A DNA stretch of 64,000 bases, taken from assembly GCA_047967505.1 (NCBI GenBank), contig CM106538.1. The stretch is one strand, 5' to 3'. The translations under genes were made by a program, and so were the position numbers. Source of the stretch: Dipteris shenzhenensis (taxonomy: Eukaryota). Positions 11,166 to 25,300 of this stretch are shown one piece after another. The notes beneath the pieces were generated by a model. It searched no databases. It had not been told where the DNA came from and was given only the letters and a program-made list of their open reading frames with translations. The stretch's first letter is position 1; each line of letters opens with the position of its first letter.

Positions 11166-14100
11166 ATGGTGAAGATTCCAGTGTTTTGAGGGACCCAAGA
11201 GGAAGACACAGAGTCTTATCTTCGGGATTTTGTTTGAGGATGCCGGCTTTCTGGATGGTCCATGAAGGATCGGGCAGAGATTTTGCCAGATTTTCTTAAA
11301 GGTGTAGCCTTGAGTTGGCATGAGGCCTTGCCAGACTCTACCAAGGAGGACTGGGACTGAGTGGTGGCTGCAATGAAGTAGAGATTTGGGGTAGTGGAGT
11401 CGCCAAATGCTTGATGTTGCAGTTGGACCAGTTCTATCAAAACAAGGAGAGGGTGAGATGGTCTCTGCGTTGGCAATCTGATATTAAACTTTATGGACAA
11501 AGTATGAAAGGGCAACTTTGCGAGTTGTGGCATTTGCATCATTGGCCCCTCAAGGTCTCTCGGGTATGGAGCACTTAAAGATGAGCAAATTTGTTATGGC
11601 TTTAGAGCCTCGTCTTTGCTCAAAAGTAATGAGTAAAGATCCAACAACATACATGGAGGCACTTCGCATTGCGACCAAGAAAGAAGCTTCTCTAAAGATC
11701 AAATCCTCTTTTGTGTCTTCAACAGCTTCAACTTCTAAGGTGGAGATAATGGGCACTCCTCAAGTACCAAAGTCCTCTGAGTTAGATCATAATATCTCCC
11801 AATTGATGGCAAAGTTTGCTGATTTGAAATTGCATTTGGTTAATGCATGACAACCTAGAGCACCAAAGAGTGAAGATAGGCCTTGAGATAAGAGTGGGGT
11901 CACTTGCTATGAATGTAATGAAAAAGATCACTATTGCCCCGAGTGTCCTAGATTGAGAAAGAAAGAAGAAATTGCTTCTTTAGGGGATGAGGAAAGAGAG
12001 GTAATGATGGATAAACGGGGGCATGGTAAGCAAAAGAAGAAGAAGAAAGCAAGGAAGAAGTAGATGAGAAACATCAAGAAGAGGAACACCGTAGTAAGAA
12101 AAAGAAGGCATATAGAAGGAGAATTAGCCAGTCAAACTTTCCTTTAGGACAAGGCATTGGAAGCTATGACTTGTTGTCCGACCTTAAAGAAAAGGAAGCT
12201 CATATCACCTTTGGTCAAATTACTTGCTTTGTCTCCAAAAGTACGGAAAGAATGGGGAAATCTAGCAAGCACAAGAGTGTCAAAGAAGAAAAGAAGAAAA
12301 GTGCCATTCCTATTGTTAAAAAGGTAAATATAGATGTTGGTGATGATGTATCTATGGTTGATGTGATCATTGATGGTCAAGTGATTTCTAATGTTTACAT
12401 TGATGGAGGTGCATCGATTAATGTCATGAGTGAGATGACCATGATAGATGCTGGTTTCAAATACTCTAGTACTACCTCTCCTTATCGCATCAAATTGGCT
12501 GACAATACTAGGGTAAAGACCTTGGGAGTTGTGAAGAATCTAGAAGTGGATGTATGTGGAGTTTTTGTGCCAACTACTTTTCAGGTGATCCCTACCAAGC
12601 CACATGCACGTGCCTATCCATTGATGTTGGGAAGGCCTTGGCTATGCAAGGTGAAGGCTGTTTAAAAGTGGGATACTAGAGAATTGATTCTACAAGGAAA
12701 TGATAAGAAGGTGTGCTACAACATCATAAGTCACAAAAAGGCAGTTGTCAAGGAGGAGTCTTCAACATCAGAGAGTTCGAGCTCTGACTTAACTAATGAA
12801 GAAGAAGAGATAGGGTGTAGCTCTAAGGAGTCCAACTCAGAGGATGAGGTGGAAGGAGTGGCCTTTGGTCTTTGTCTTGATGCTGATCGGGATGAGTCAA
12901 GAGGGAATAAGGTGGTGGTACAAGAAGATCCTGTAGAGACACTTCATGTGGAGGATGTGAAGCACACTAAATGGCGCCAATGCAATGAAGAGCTTCTTGG
13001 TGATTCTCTATCAGTATTGAGAAGCTCTAGTACTTGGATATGTTAGATGATTTTCCATGTCTCTTTGCAATAAGCTATTCACAAGTTTGCAAGTCTCTCT
13101 TGTGGAGCACAAGATTGAGTTGAAGACAGAAAGCAAGCCAGTTGTGCAATGCTTAAGGCGATTGGGGGTGATCCAAGCTGAGACACTAAAGAAAGAGATA
13201 ACACAACTACTTGAGGCAGGATTCATCTTTTCTGTTGATGATTCAGAATGGATATCTCCTATAGTTGTCACAACAAAGAAAGGAAATAAGTGGCGAGTTT
13301 GTGTGGATTTTTGTCCTTTGAATGCATGCACTAAGAGAGATCATTTTCGTTTGCCATTCCAAGATGAATTACTAGACCAAGTAGCAGGACATGAGATGTA
13401 TTCTGTATGTGATGGGTATTTTGGGTACTTTCAAATTTGTATTCGGGAGAAAGATCAAAAGAAAACATCATTCATCACACCTTGGGAAGTTATTGCTTAC
13501 AAAGTGATGCCTTTTGGGTTGACCAATGCACCAGCTATATTTCAAAGGTTCATGAGTCAAGTGCTCGAGCCTTACTTGGGAAAGTTCATAAGGGGGTTTT
13601 TGTATGATTTTTGCATTTATTCTCAATGCATAGATCACACGGAGAAGTTGAAGATGGTCTTAGCTAGGATTGATGAAGCAAAAGGGTGTCTAAATCCTAG
13701 CAAATGTCATTTGGCTCAAAAAAAGGTAGTCTTGTTGGGGCATATTGTGTTTGGAGAAGGCCTGCAAATGGATCTTGATAAGGTTCAAGCAATCATGGCA
13801 TTGCCAAGTCCTGAGAGTGTCACTGGTGTTCACAGAATTCTAGGAAAAAGCAAGTATTATCAATGCTTTTATGATGATTTCATAGAGATAGTGCATCCCA
13901 TGAACTTGTTCACAAGAAAAGGAGTTTCTTTCCAATGGGGTGTGGAGCAACAAGGGTCTTTTTAGCAACTTAAGGAGGCCATGAGTAAGGGCCCAATATT
14001 GAAGCCCCCTGATTGGTCTAAAGACTTTTATGTAAATCCAAGTGTATCTTTGCATTCAGTTGGTGCTGTATTGCTAAAAAAATTAGAGGCAGGTAGAATG

Positions 14101-16134
14101 CAACCCATCTATTATGCCAGCCGACAGCTTATAGAGGTGGAAACAAGGTATGAAGAAATGGAGCAGCAAGCTCTCTCTTTGGTTTTTTCAGTTAGAAAGT
14201 TTTGCTCCTATTTATTACCTCGACCATTTTTCTTCCTTACCTCTCATTCTGTATTAGCATATCTAGTTCACAAGCCTAATCCTACTGGGAGATTTGCAAA
14301 ATGGTTGTCAGAGCTTCAAGAGTTCTCTTTCTCTTTTGTCACTGAAAATACCACTAGGTCCACTATGGCAGATTTGCTCACAGGATGGCACGATCTAAGA
14401 GAAGAAAAGAAATATAAGGAGGACATTAATGATGAAAGGGAGACACCACCAATAGCTTTTGTCTTGTATTTTGATGGGACTTTTAGTCCTTCATGCCAAC
14501 AAGGAGCCGGGGGGATAGTCTTGATGAATTCTAAAGGTCAAGAGGTGTGGGCAAGAGGACAAGAGCTTCCAGTATCACAACTAACAATGCAGTTGAGTAT
14601 AATGCTTTGATTATTTGTTTGGAGGGTTGTCTTCAAAGTCAAGTTAAATAATTGGAAGTAAGAGGAGATTTTCAGCTTATTTTCTAAAGCAAATGCAAGG
14701 GCATTACAAGTCAAGAAGTCCTCATTTGAAGGAGCTTAATCAGAAGGCCATGGCACTATGTAGTCAATTTGATTTTTGCAAGTTTGTTCATATAAACAGA
14801 AAAGAAAATCAAAGGGCAAATGAGTTAGCTACTCAAGCCATTGTAGTACGAGACCGGGGGGTGGTTTCTTTGGTAGACATTGGATGGCTAGAACTGCAAG
14901 ATGTTCAGCAATATGTGGAAGAAGGTATGTTTCCTCGAGGGTTAACTCCATAATAGAAGCAGAGATTGGTAAGGAAGGCTTGTCCCTATACTATTGTTGA
15001 TGACATAGTTTATAAATTGGGAAAAGATAGGGTGCTCTGTCAGGTGGTCCATCCCATGGAGACTAGGAGAATCCTAGAAATGTGTCATGAATGCTCTGGT
15101 CGTTTTGCTTCAGCAAGCACAACTAGAAGAATTCTTAATGCAGGTTACTTTTGGCCACGCCTCCATAAGGATGTATATGAATGGTGTGGAAGTTGTAAAG
15201 TATGCCAAAAGTTTGGAAGGCGATAGTTGATTCTTGGGCCCTTGAAGCCTATTCTAGCATATGGACCATTTGAGAGGTGGGGGTTGGACTTTGTGGGACC
15301 ATTCCCTCATTCATCTCAGGGCAAGCATTATTTATTAGTGGCCACAGATTATGCAACACGGTGGGCAGAGGCCAAGGCCAGAGTCAATAGCAAGGCAAGC
15401 ACAGTTGCAAAATTTCTCTTTGATCAAATTTGTTCACGTTTTGGTTGTCCTTTGGAAATTCTCATTGATGGAGGAACCTCTTTTAGAAATGAACTAATTG
15501 AAGATGTGGTGCATAAGCTAAAGATAAAGCATAGCATGTCCATGCCATAATATCTCTAATGTAATGGCTTGGCTGAGAAAACAAATGGATTGTTGTGCAA
15601 TTCAATGGGAAAGCTTGTAGACACTAAGAAAAGACATTGGGATAGGCACTTGGTAGAAGTTTTATGGGCTTACAGAACCATACACAAGCTAGCTATTGGG
15701 TTTACACCATTCCACTAGTATATGGAATAGAAGCCATTTTACCCATTGAATTGGAGATACATAGTCTTCACACTGTTGTTGTAAGAAAAGAAGGACAGGA
15801 GGATGCCTATGCTCAACACTTGGTACAGCTAGAAGACTTGGATGAATGGAGATTACAGGCCTTACAAAACTTGGAAGCTTCTCAAAAAAGGCGCAAGGCC
15901 CATTTTGACACCAAATTACGGAAGAAAGATATTGCAGAAGGAGATTTGGTCATGAAATTTGATAGCCGTTTGGACAAGCGGATAGATAAAAAGTTTATCG
16001 GCCAATGGGAGGGACCAAATCAAGTCAAAAAGTTCACGAATGGAATCTATAAGCTTGAGGATGTTGATAGCATGGTGATATTCGGATGCACCAATGAGTA
16101 TTGCCTTAAGTTCTTCTATGCTCGACCACCTTGA
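11166..16134 (+). pseudogene. Disrupted gag-pol: Gag, zinc knuckle, protease, RT, RNase H, additional RNase H, integrase
   Basis: FLKGVALSWHEAL; CYECNEKDHYCPEC (~11905); VYIDGGASINVMS; WISPIVV...WRVCVDF...MPFGLTNAPAIFQR; PIYYASRQL; LYFDG...GAGGIV...HINRKENQRANELA (~14458-14840); GYFWP...CKVCQ, WGLDFVGP. Many stops. Confidence 0.93.
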
Positions 16135-16188
16135 GGGCTAGCAGACCCTCCCTATCACTAGAGAGGATCTGCTGGTGGGGGGGAAAGA

Positions 16189-17852
16189 TGTGATGCCAAA
16201 AATTGATATTTTTTATTTCGCATTGGTATTGTTTTCTTCTATGTTTGATAAGAGTTTGAGCATCAAGTGATAGCCTAGTGGCTCTCACTTATTTTTATTT
16301 TCTAAGATATTATATGGGATAGAGAGGATGAGTGGAATGGATCATTGTAAATACCATAGGTATGAATTATAAATACCTTGGTATGGGGTGAGAGTTAATT
16401 GTGTATGGGATATTATGGGATTTTTAGAAAATAGGAAGAGTGAGTCATATAAAGAGGTGGGCTCATGTCCATGTGTTCCAATAATATAAGAGAGGCCACA
16501 TGCCAAGCATGTGGAAGGCATGTGGAGGAGTGTGGAGTCAAGAGGAATCCTTCTAGAATTCCTATGTGGAATAAGGAGGATGTGGACATATGGAAAAGAG
16601 AGGGTCCCTATGGGCTCCATGTGGGGAGACCCTTGAGTTTCTCAATATTTTAAGAGTCTTGAGCATCTTTTGATGGGACACATGGCAAGAGTAGCCAAAA
16701 AGGACATGGATGGTGACATACGGGCTTATGTGATTGATGGGGAAAAGAATCTACAGGTAGCAGTTGTAAATGGGTGAAGGAGGGTGACAAATCTCTATAA
16801 AAGGAGCCCTACTCTCCCTTGTTCATCATCGCTTCCACCATTAGGCCTCATGTTGCTATAGCTCTAGTCTCCTCAAGCCTCTTCCATGAGCCTTCTCTCC
16901 CTCTTGTAGATATTCTCTTATGTAAACTCTTGAGTCCATCTCTCTCTAGTTCATTCTCTCTCTATGAGCAGTCTTGGAGCTTCCGCTCCCTCTTGTATGT
17001 ATGAAACCTCTTCTTCTCCCTTGTGTTTATAGTATTTTGAGTTGCATTGGAGTGGAGTCTCACTCTATTGATAATGAAGATCACTTCATATTCCCTCTCT
17101 TGAGTCTCTCTTCCCTTTTCTTTCTTTCAAAGCCTTAAAAGTTCTTTCTATTTGGCTACTCATTGCACACACATGGTCCATCAATTTTCCGAGCCACTAG
17201 GGGAGCTACTTACCCTATTCTAGGCAAACTCTATGAGTGGTGGATCGTTGATGAAGGTGGAGTCTTGAGGGAGCATCCTACTCGGGCAAAATTAAAATGG
17301 GTGGAGGGCAGTTTTCATGATAGTTTGACCCCCTCTTAGTGTTTTGCTCATAACTTTCCGCTTGTTAGTTTGATTTTGATGAAACTTATATCAGCATGAA
17401 GTTCTCTTCAAGCTTCATGTCTTTGTGTTATTAGATCTTGAATCAAATACTACAGCAAAAAGTTATGAGTCTCTGTGTTTGACAGTCTATTTTCATGGCA
17501 ATTTTTACCCCTATCTAGTAAACTGCCCAAAACTGTCTCATCGGTTCTTTGTTTCTTATGAAACTTATATCAGCATGAAGCCCATTTCAAGACACGTCTC
17601 TATATGTGTTTGAATCTTTAGTATCATGTGTCTACTACAAGTTATGGGTCTCTATGTCTAATGATAGTTTGGAGAGTGTTTTGAGCTAATTGTAAAGATA
17701 TCTATGAAGGAGGTGCAATGTTTCTATATCAGTTCATGTCATGTACTCAACAACATATCACTCTTCTCTTTGGTGCAACATGCAAACTGGCTTGCTGAGA
17801 TTATGGCCTCCGCTGATTCTTTCCTTCTCCCTATGCTTGAACACAACATCAC
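16189..17852 (+). repeat. 3' LTR (3'-truncated) of the Tat-like element
   Basis: Starts TG right after the PPT; TATA-like CTATAAAAG at ~16795; distal part matches 9648-10358. Confidence 0.75.
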
Positions 17853-18328
17853 CCAAAAAATGAACCACCGTATAAGCATCTTGCTCAGCAACAAACTTAA
17901 AATCAAACTTAAAAGAGTCAAATAGACAAGGCTACCCCATCCCCCCTTACTTTATGCTATAGCCGCAGATGCACTGTGAAGATAGTGGGAGAGAGGGAAG
18001 GAGTCTCACTTGCGGCTTTCTCACATGCACAAATGGGGGAATACACACAAAGGTGGAGGCTGAAAACAGTTTTCCTCTTCTTAGTTGTGAAAGCCAAAAG
18101 AACTCTTGTACAAAGAAATAGAAGAACCCTATATGTGGGTCTCAAAACCAAACTCAACTAACTAAGGTGGCATACTAACTGAGCCACGAACTAGTGTAGA
18201 TAAGGATAGCTGTCATCCAGCTATTATTCATGGGCGGTGTACCAACCGCATCTCCAGCTAACAAGTCGGTGACATAAATGCACAACAGTCACCCTGGCAT
18301 ATCGCGAGTGGAGCTCGATATCTCAACA
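17853..18328 (-). mobile_element. Probable 5' internal fragment of another LTR element
   Basis: Minus strand begins TGTTGAGATATCGAG, similar to the PBS-like site at 10540; it truncates the Tat-like 3' LTR. Confidence 0.3.
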
Positions 18329-20389
18329 TGCACTGGGGTGGTTACTCATTAACAAAATGCAAGCTGGTTCAATAAAGGTTATAGAAATGCCATATGGAAA
18401 ATAGCTTGTTATGCAGCAATTTGCGGATGACACTAATCTCATGCCTAGGAATTCCTCCCAAGATGTTCATGAAGTTTTGGAGTGTCTAGATATTTTCCGT
18501 ATAACGTTAGGTTCTCAGATCAATCATAGCAAAATTGGGTATTGCACGCTCAGTGGGAAGCTAGAAGAGCATCTACAACACTTGGGATGTTAGAGAATCC
18601 CTAAAAGAACTATCTTCAGACTTTTATGCATCCCCATGGGATTTGATGTCTCCATGAAGGATCGGTGGGAATGGGTCCTTAATAGGTTTAGCTCCAAACT
18701 AGAGAAGTGGAGAGGCTTTCAGCCCAACCTGGCAGGAAGATGAATGGTGCTCAACCATTGCCTTTATTTGATCACTATTTTTTACCGCTCCTATTGGCAC
18801 TTGAGCCAAACTGGCTTTGATAAGCTTATTTCCAAATGCAAGTCCTTCCTTTAGGGAGGTTCAAACGTGATTGCAAAAGTCAGATGGAACTTTTCCTCTA
18901 GACCAAAGAGTGAAGGTGGCCTTGGGGTAGTGGACATCAAACAGTCTGCAGCTAAACTCACATCGACTTGGATAACAAAAGCCCTACTAAATCCTAATCT
19001 TTACTGGGCATTGATCCAAAAAGTTTAAGCATGTCAGATCTGCCAAAGCCAAGGGATAGAAGAGGTACCTAGTTTTGTTTGTATATTTTAGCCCTGAACC
19101 TTGTTCTACAAAAGGAAGTACCTTGTGGAAATCCCTATGGACTGGCACTCTTGAGTCAATTAATACCCAACTCAAGTTCTCTGGGAAACGTTTGTTTATG
19201 CAACTTGACTCCATCTGGTCCTCTTCAATACACACAGGAATGCTATACTCTAGACAATGAAGATTTCATTAGGGTAGGTCAGCTTTCTAAAGAGGGTCTG
19301 CAATCATGGGGGCAGATGTGGCTTAGTAAACAATTCAAATGGAAGACTTTGCTTAAAATAAAGAGGGAATTCAAAAAACTTACAGGAAGCTCATTTTGTC
19401 ACTGACAGAATATTTGGGGAGTTAGTTTTAAATTACACCTTAGAGTTTAGCTGGATCCTCACACCTCATTTGCTACCTATTCCTACTCCTTTGAGGACAT
19501 CTCCTCTCAGTCCTAGAAGAGGAGATTCTCTTACACTTGGACCAAATCAATACCTAAGAGCATGTCTACACTACTCTGGCTTATCTTGCACAATGTAGTT
19601 TGGACCAATTTGAGGGGGATGAGGATTGGAAAAGGGGATGGTAAATAAATGCGCTAGCTTGGGGTACAAGACAATATCTTCCATCTCTTCATGTCATGCC
19701 CTTCTGCTAAAAGAGTCTAGACAAAGTAGTTTGGACTAATTTGAGGGGGATGAGGATTGGAAAAGGGTCTGATGGTAAATGTATGCACTGCCCTATGAGG
19801 ATTGGAAAAGGGGGATGGTAAATGTATGCATTGCCCTATGGTACAAGAAGATATATTCCATCTCTTTGTGCCGTGCCCTTTTGCCCTTCGTGTCATGCCC
19901 TTCTGCCAAAAGAAGAGTTTGGAAAATTATTCAGATGCAACTAGGAGAGCCAGCGAATTGGAAAGCCATACTTTTTGGAGATGCAGCAAAAGTTAGACAT
20001 TCTCATTGGGCACTTGTTTGAGAATATGACTTAGGGTTTATTTGGATTTTGAGAACCTAATTTCAATTCAATCAGAATGTTACTAACGTAGATCATCTCT
20101 TTGCTGATTGGTTAGCAGGCATCTCGAAACTACGACAGTGATCTAGACTAGTTCTTCATGGAGATTCGTGATCATGAGCAGGAACATCTTAAAGTTTTTA
20201 ATAAATAATTCCAATTCAAAGAAAGAATCTACTACAAATTAAAGTCTGATTCAGAATGATGTGTTTTATGTTTGCTACTCAGATTTTTGTCATGATCCTG
20301 AAAAAGTCTTACTAATACTGTACACTTGGCTATAAATGTATATCTTTTGATCAATATATAAAACAATTATTTTTTTGCCCAAAAAAAAA
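18329..20389 (+). mobile_element. 5'-truncated L1-like LINE related to the 2268-6655 element
   Basis: ALGWLL...QQFADDTNL (18411), INHSKIGY, EGGLGVVD, zf-RVT CMHC...HLFVPC (with local duplications 19595-19840), A-tail 20381-20389. Confidence 0.85.
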
Positions 20390-20417
20390 GTAGTGGCCTT
20401 CAAGGTCTGGGATACTT

Positions 20418-21230
20418 CTATAAGGAGGTAGATGTGGTCTTCCTTCCTTGAGCCTTTTCTTTCATGTTGTCATCCAAGCACACAAAAATCTTGTTGCACA
20501 ACTCAAATGATGTGGTGTTCATGGTGGTAAAAAGATGGTCATGAAGCTTATAGTCCCACAAACCTATGAGGAAGTGTGACAATAGTTTTGCATCACTCAT
20601 CCTCTCATGAGGTTCACAATGAGAGTTCAAGCGTTTGATTCTAGCGATATAATCCCAAAGAGACTCGATATCTTTTTGCTTGACCTCATAGAGCTGGTTG
20701 ATAGAACTCTATTTTGGTCCACTTGGGGCAAACACTACTATGAATGCCTTGTGCAAGGTTTCTCAATTAATCTTCTCCTCTAGGTCCAGATCCTTGAACC
20801 ACTATCTAGCCTTGCCATCAAGGTTCAACACAAAGGAATTGACTTTATGTAGGTCTCTAATATGGGATATTGGATCTCCATTACCTAAGAATTTAGTGAT
20901 TAGCTTGGAAATTGTGACTGGTTTACTTCTAGAAGGATTTTGGTGGCTCCCTGTAAATATTGGAGGCATGGTCCCCCTTCCTAGTGCTTGCACTAGGATC
21001 CTCATTCCCTCATCAGTATAAGTTACCTTTTGTGGGGTGGGAGGAACTTGAGGATATCGAGACCCTGCTCTATACATTGGTGGCCTCGATGGAGGGGTTC
21101 CATGTATTTGGTTTGTTGTACAAATGTATGATTAGAGGACTCTGATCCACTAGATGTTTGCATTGTGACTTGAGGTTGATTGGGCCTAACAGGTTGGGAT
21201 GAAGGTCCTTTAGGGAGTGGCATGTTCACT
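20418..21230 (-). pseudogene. Ty3/gypsy gag remnant
   Basis: KFLGNGDPISHI...LNLDGKAR*WF...LYEVKQKDIESLWDYIARIKRL...LSHFLIGL, a retrotransposon-gag pattern. Confidence 0.7.
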
Positions 21231-23429
21231 CCAAGAATAGGCCTATAAGGGGTAGTTGTTCAATATGGCATACCTCCCATGTTCTATGGCCAAGTATGAA
21301 ATGAAGGGACTTTAGATGTGGGGTGTCTTATTTGTGAACCTTCTATATCACTCCTTTGTCTACTATGCTCTGGCATTTGAAACTCTTGAGGGAGTCTGGG
21401 GATAAATACAACCTATATGACTGGCTTTCATCAAAGTATAGGTCTGGTGGTTTGTGTAAGGTGTAAGAACTAACTTTTGCTGACCCTTAGGATATAAAGC
21501 TAGGTGTGTAGGTCAACAAGACAAGATTTGAGGCACTATCCTAAGGCTCAGGGTTAGCTCCTAGGATATCAAGTGCATGTGTTGATCAGCACAGTTGAGG
21601 CCCCAATTCTAAGTTGATTCCACTTTGACACCAGGTCAAGAGGAGGCATCCCTTTGTGGCTTTCCTTTTTCTCTAAATTTGCAACAAGTTGTTAACACAT
21701 CGAGTCAATAATGCAACGACTCAAATATAATAGCGACTTGGATAATGTCATGACTTGAGAACACAAAAACTTGGCAGTCACTGCTTTGGTAGTAATGCAA
21801 CGACTTGATAACATAGTGACTTGATTATTGCAATGACTTGATAATGCATAATGTAGTGGGTTGGGAGTCACTGCTTTAGCACTAACGCACGTGGTGGTTG
21901 AATTTTTGATCTGGCCACTACTAGTGCATTTAATGACATGTGACAGGTGGTAGGTAAATTGTCAATGGTAGATGGTGTCAATACTTAATGTAATGGGTTG
22001 TTGCATTATTAACGCAGCGACCACTACATTACTAATGCAACAACTATTGCACTAAGAGTAATGCGATAGCGACACATGGGCATGCAACTCACCGACAAGT
22101 TATTACATTTTCTTGATTTTAACACTTTTTGTTCAGGGTTTGTGGGGTGGGGGGGATACTATACTACCTAATATACCTACTCAAACTGCAAAAAACAACA
22201 ACAAAGAACAAAATTTTAAGGGAAAATGGCATATTTTGCAAAAAGTGAGAGTTTTCTCCTTTTCAACCCTTTGAAAATTGCTCCTAGCATCATTTCTTAG
22301 TGTTTTGTTTGGATTTTCTATCACACATACCTTAGCAATCACCTAAACTACGTTTCTATAAACTTTCGACACTTAGAAGTACCAAAATCACTTCAAAATA
22401 CTCCAAATGAATTTCAACAATCTCTTTCACTCACACCTTCCTATACACCAAAAGACAATATCTTTTCTCTACAGTACTCAGCATTGGGCAATGGGTGGGT
22501 AACAAGAAAAGAAAATTCAATACAAAAGTGCACCTTGAACTCCCCAGAAATGATGCTAAAAATATGTAGTCTAGCAGTGACTCCTGTGTCATGGGAATCT
22601 TATAGTAAATGCTAATGTAGTGCTCCTCCAAGCTTTTCTAGGTTGAGAGTAATGCATGCAAATGCCATCCACTAGCATCACTCTAGTGACTCTTGACAGT
22701 TACAATCATGAATCCATAAGGAGAAGAAGAGGGAGGGGAGCGAGAAGTGGAGGAAAGAGGGGAGGAGAAGAGGAAGGGAAGAGAACATGGCTTTCACAAA
22801 AGGCACTATGAGCGAACAAGAAACAAATCCAAAGAGGAGGAGGAGAGCTTGTATTCCAATGTTTGCAACCAACAAGTAAAGACCAAAGTCAAATGCTTGG
22901 CCTTTTATATATGAAACCTTTTAAAGGGAGGGCCAACCCTATTCCCTTTATACCACTATCTTTCCTCATTCTTTACAATCACATTGGGCCCATTTGGCTC
23001 CAAGTCACATCTTAGTTCTACGGACTTTAAAATTTGTTGAGGTCTTCCTATGCTTGCTAGTTCTCTCCTCTACTTCAGGTGAAGAAGTGAAATCAGAGGA
23101 AGCTATGATAGTGACAAGAAGGGTGATGGCAACACATAAGGAGGTATTAATTGTAGAGGGTGATTACAGAAGGAGGTAAGGACATAGAGGTCTTATACAA
23201 GAAGAAAATACACTGAAAAATATCATGGCATAGAATTTGAAGCACCCATTTATTGTGTATGCAACAACAATTCATTGGAGAGATGTGCCATTGGAGTAAC
23301 TACTACATGTGACACCTTGTTAAAATGATCTCCATTCCCACCCAATCATGATTGCTAGACTAGTCTAGATTAATAGCTCTATTACCACATGGCAGTTCAT
23401 CACATATACTAGATTTGTACGATGTGACC

Positions 23430-25300
23430 AAACGAGTTGGGGATGGTTTCACTTAGATTCATTGAAGGGATTGAGAATCACCTAGCCTTATTTTCCAGTG
23501 CTAAAGACCTCAATGAGCATATAGAGACCATTCCATCCAAGTTTAAGATTGGTCTTTTATGGCCTTAGCTTGGCATAATACAACATGAGCATGGCCTTTG
23601 TTAATATTCTTCTTGACAATGTGCCAATCATGCCAAGATTTCCTTCTCCTTTGTGTCACTTGTTGTGACCATGTTGCTTGGATGCATAGCTTGTCTAGCT
23701 CAACTAGCTAGTGAAATCATCTACTGATTGCTTCTGGTTCCCCAAGCTAATGCTCTATATCTATTCGGAGAATTGGAACCAAGAATTCCAATGGTACCAT
23801 GACTTCCAAGCCAAGAAATCTTGAAAGGTGTTGGATTAATGGTTTCCTTATACACCAAGTGATATGCTGAGGGTGCAAAGTGTTGCAATGAGTGCTCACG
23901 GTCTTTGTAAGCATTGACTTGAGAATTTTATTGGTTGATTTGATCTACCATTATGCCAAGGATAGTATGTCATTGCAACTTGATGCATGACCATGAACTC
24001 TTTGCTATGAGTTTGAAAGACATCGTACATGAAATGGGATTCCTAATCACTAACAAACCCAATGAGGTAGCCATACATGCATATAATGTTCTCAAAATGG
24101 AGCTTGATTGTGCTATGATCTAAGTCTTGGCTTCTTCCCACTTAGTAGCATAATCTGTGGTGATGAGAATATAATTGTTCTATGCGTACTTTGCCCCATA
24201 TTCTTAAGAGGACCCCTGTAATCCAAGCTCCAATTTTAGAAAGCTTCCCATGGTTAACTCACCTGTAATGGCATGTGATCTTATCTCTTTGTTCTTTGAT
24301 AAACATCACATTCTACACATGGAGCATGGTTAACTCACTTGTAATCTTATCTCTTGGTTCTTTGATAGACATCACATTCTACACATGGAGCATGCGTATC
24401 TTTGAATAGAGTGCTCCACGATAACTCTCTCTGCTGCAAAACTCTTTGAGTAGTTAGCTCACCACCATTGTAACCTCTAGCTAGCACAATATTTGTATTA
24501 TGGCATGTCCCATCATAACCATGTGTGCAAAAATTTCTAAGTAGTTGGCTCACCACTAAATTGACATCCAATTGCCCAGTATGTGTACAATGGCATGTTC
24601 ATGTGGTAGAACCCATCACCTCAACACTTCGTCTCAGCACCTTGGTGATACACTTGACCACCAATCAAATTATGCTTCCAGGCTTTCAAAGCCAACTGCC
24701 TATTCCTATCTTTGGGCATGTGTTCAAGAAAGGTTCCTTGTGGCAAATAGTGTAGCATCTCATCATACTTCGTTTTTGTAAAATCTACAGTAAATAAATG
24801 AGCATCTGGTATCTCAATGTTCATGCTTTAGCTTCATCTAAAACTCAGAGAAATAGTTTGCTTGCACATGATCTTTACTTGGTTTATGAATAATTCTAAA
24901 ATTGAATTCCTATAATAATAGCATTCACCTTACCAAATGCCCCTAAATCATTGTTTTATTGATCAAGTAGAGAAAAGCTTGGTGATCAAGATAAAAGATG
25001 AATGGATTGTCAAGAAAATAGTGGAGAAATTTTTGTACATTGTATGCCATCCCAAGAGTTTCATGCTTGGTAGCATATAGTTGCATTCAGGTGGCATCAT
25101 TAATTGGCTATTGGGTAACAATTTTCCATCCAGCTGTGCCAATATAATGCCATGGCATATCTTGAAGCATCTACATCAACATGGAAAAGAACATCCCACT
25201 ACGATTGTTCATGGTGTGAATATGAGCTTTGACATCAACAAATGTACTTTTGGGCTCCAACCCAAGTCACACACTGATTTAGCTAAGTTAGCTTGCTGAT
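23430..25300 (-). pseudogene. Ty3/gypsy RNase H-integrase remnant without additional RNase H
   Basis: Minus-strand RNase H-like stretch (~25300-24880), then IPDAHLFTV...LIGGQVY, CTHGYDG...CVECDVYQR and integrase-core fragments. Confidence 0.75.

Larger units (their letters stand above)
9640..17852 (+). mobile_element. Degenerate Ty3/gypsy non-chromovirus (Tat-like) LTR retrotransposon, both LTRs truncated
   Basis: Direct repeat ~9648-10358 vs ~17190-17852; PBS-like site at 10540; gag-PR-RT-RH-aRH-IN; polypurine tract ~16174-16188; 3' LTR starts TGTGA at 16189 and 5' LTR ends TCACA at 10534. No TSD recoverable. Confidence 0.9.

Noticed and set aside
9648-17852. The ~700-bp direct repeats as complete LTRs
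   Set aside because: The PPT ending at 16188 and the PBS-like site at 10540 show they are only the overlap of two truncated longer LTRs.
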